Below are positions 63,725 through 64,000 of a stretch of DNA of 64,000 bases, in pieces. A model generated the notes under the pieces. It was not told where the DNA came from. It was given only the letters and a program-made list of their open reading frames with translations, and did no database searches. The stretch covers positions 19,222-83,221 of the forward strand of contig JBDNJK010000121.1 of the NCBI GenBank assembly GCA_041687805.1, written 5' to 3'. The position numbers were made by a program, and so were the translations under genes. Source of the stretch: Acidimicrobiales bacterium. GTDB lineage: Bacteria > Actinomycetota > Acidimicrobiia > Acidimicrobiales > Aldehydirespiratoraceae. Within the stretch, counting starts at the first letter, position 1. Each line of letters opens with the position of its first letter.

Positions 63725-64000
63725 CAACCAGCGCAGAGAACGGCACCCCTTCGATTCCATTCAGAGTCGGGCAGGGCTTCGATGTTCACCGCACGAGCGA
63801 CGATCCGGAGCGGATATTGGTGCTGGGTGGAATCCGGTTCGATGGGCTGCCAGGCCTTGTGGGTCATAGCGATGCTGACGTGGTCGCTCATGCGTGCATC
63901 GACGCGCTCTTGGGGGCAGCCGGGCTCGGAGACATCGGCCAGATGTTCCCGGACACCGATCCCAGATTTGCGGGTGCCGATAGCTTGAAGTTGCTCGAAC
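63721..64000 (+). CDS. ispF: 2-C-methyl-D-erythritol 2,4-cyclodiphosphate synthase (5' part, runs off the window)
   Basis: My own translation: [24 protein letters not shown]...[11 protein letters not shown]...[16 protein letters not shown] overlap with ispD. No stop before position 64000. Confidence 0.85.
   Translation, partial: MTTSAENGTPSIPFRVGQGFDVHRTSDDPERILVLGGIRFDGLPGLVGHSDADVVAHACIDALLGAAGLGDIGQMFPDTDPRFAGADSLKLLE

Noticed and set aside
1-64000. A search for CRISPR arrays, IS elements, integrases next to tRNA-Pro, tRNA-Thr or tRNA-Sec, toxin-antitoxin pairs, and defence or biosynthetic gene clusters.
   Set aside because: I saw no repeat-spacer periodicity, no transposase or integrase-like ORF, and no duplicated tRNA 3' ends flanking the tRNA genes. 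All sizeable ORFs are accounted for by housekeeping or conserved-synteny genes. This was a scan by eye and cannot exclude short or degenerate repeats.

Overview
GC-rich, densely coding chromosomal core segment of an actinobacterium. I call about 66 CDS, 3 tRNAs and 2 pseudogenes. I could find no transposase, integrase, prophage remnant or CRISPR array.

Gene order matches the conserved actinobacterial backbone known from M. tuberculosis Rv3582c-Rv3682 and S. coelicolor SCO3541-3549:
- paired ArsA/Get3-like ATPases with a WhiB-family gene
- HAD phosphatase, ssd/tadZ and a tad/flp pilus locus
- BldG/ApgA-like partner-switching pair, then nhaA, topA, tmk and holB
- sigH/rsrA-like pair
- tilS-hpt-folEPBK-panC-coaX-lysS
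- clpC, radA, crp, ispDF

Inserted into this backbone are:
- selenocysteine machinery: selA-selB, plus selC 16.6 kb away
- a glutamine/nitrogen cluster: GSI, an orphan OmpR-type regulator, GSII and nadE
- a GGDEF-EAL protein
- an Fe-S/Mo-hydroxylase-like cluster

I do not see a clear novel multi-gene system such as a defence island. The points most worth a second look are:
1. A C-rich hairpin that sequesters the SD and start codon, at the position where 6C sRNA sits in other actinobacteria.
2. Sec machinery with no selD or selenoprotein gene in 64 kb.
3. An mrp/apbC gene carrying three independent lesions.
4. Several enzyme-fold genes with substituted catalytic motifs embedded in the fol/pan operon and near clpC.
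5. A phased pentamer array between two divergent glutamine synthetase genes.

All protein calls rest on motifs and similarity recognised by eye. No searches were run.
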